Origin: Callorhinchus milii
Taxonomy: Eukaryota
Direction of reading: 5' to 3'
Assembly (NCBI RefSeq): GCF_018977255.1
Contig: NW_024704743.1
Coordinates: 29,142,001-29,206,000 of the forward strand
Length of the DNA stretch: 64,000 nt
Below the pieces are notes generated by a model. It saw nothing but the letters and a program-made list of their open reading frames with translations, did no database searches and was not told where the DNA came from. Below, piece by piece: positions 63,601 through 64,000 of the stretch. A program made the translations under genes and the position numbers. Position 1 is the first letter of the stretch, and each line of letters begins with the position of its first letter.

Positions 63601-64000
63601 TACCGTTTGAATCTACAGTGCCTTTCAGTCCCACTGACAGCATTGTCTTCTGACACAGCCTCGCATTTATGCCACAGAGTCCTTAGCTGACTCTCTGTTA
63701 TATAGACTCTTGTTCAGCTAGCTTTGTGGTAATTGGGTAGCTCTTAAGCAGGATCTTAAGCAGCATTATTTATAAACCTTTCAGCAAGCTTCAATATATT
63801 TCTAATAAGCTTATAAAACCTATATAATGTAGCACTGCAGTTGTACAGTAAAGGTTTAAGTGAAAATCCACTCCATTATACTGCAATTACTATGTTTTAC
63901 CAGAGAGTGAAAATTAATCAATTACTTAATTAAAAGGCAATTATACTGTTCACATGTGTACTGAAGAATTATGGTAAGAGACACTCTCAATGAGATAAGG

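Overview
This is vertebrate genomic DNA, most likely a cartilaginous fish; a chimaera/elephant-shark-like genome is inferred from the SINE, L2 and CR1 repeat types and is not proven. The window holds the complete single-exon FOXC1 gene (+ strand, CDS 30538-32097, 519 aa) and, tail-to-tail with it, the last two coding exons of GMDS (- strand, 48164-48232 and 47617-47679). This is the conserved FOXC1-GMDS arrangement, and sequence right of ~48.2 kb is presumably a long GMDS intron. The flanks (1-23 kb, 49-64 kb) are dense with decayed L2 and CR1 LINEs and at least three SINE families. The ~26 kb around FOXC1 is CpG-rich, microsatellite-rich and almost free of transposons. I found no clearly new gene system. 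The most notable unexplained items are a near-perfect 34-bp hairpin at 19.4 kb, a chimeric CORE-like/Deu-like SINE in two length variants, a repeated ~200-bp element split by an L2 insertion, convergent CTCF-like sites and a shared 25-mer bracketing the FOXC1 domain, and a promoter-like motif island in the GMDS intron. Repeat boundaries were read by eye and are approximate; comparisons to human or repeat consensus sequences are from memory.
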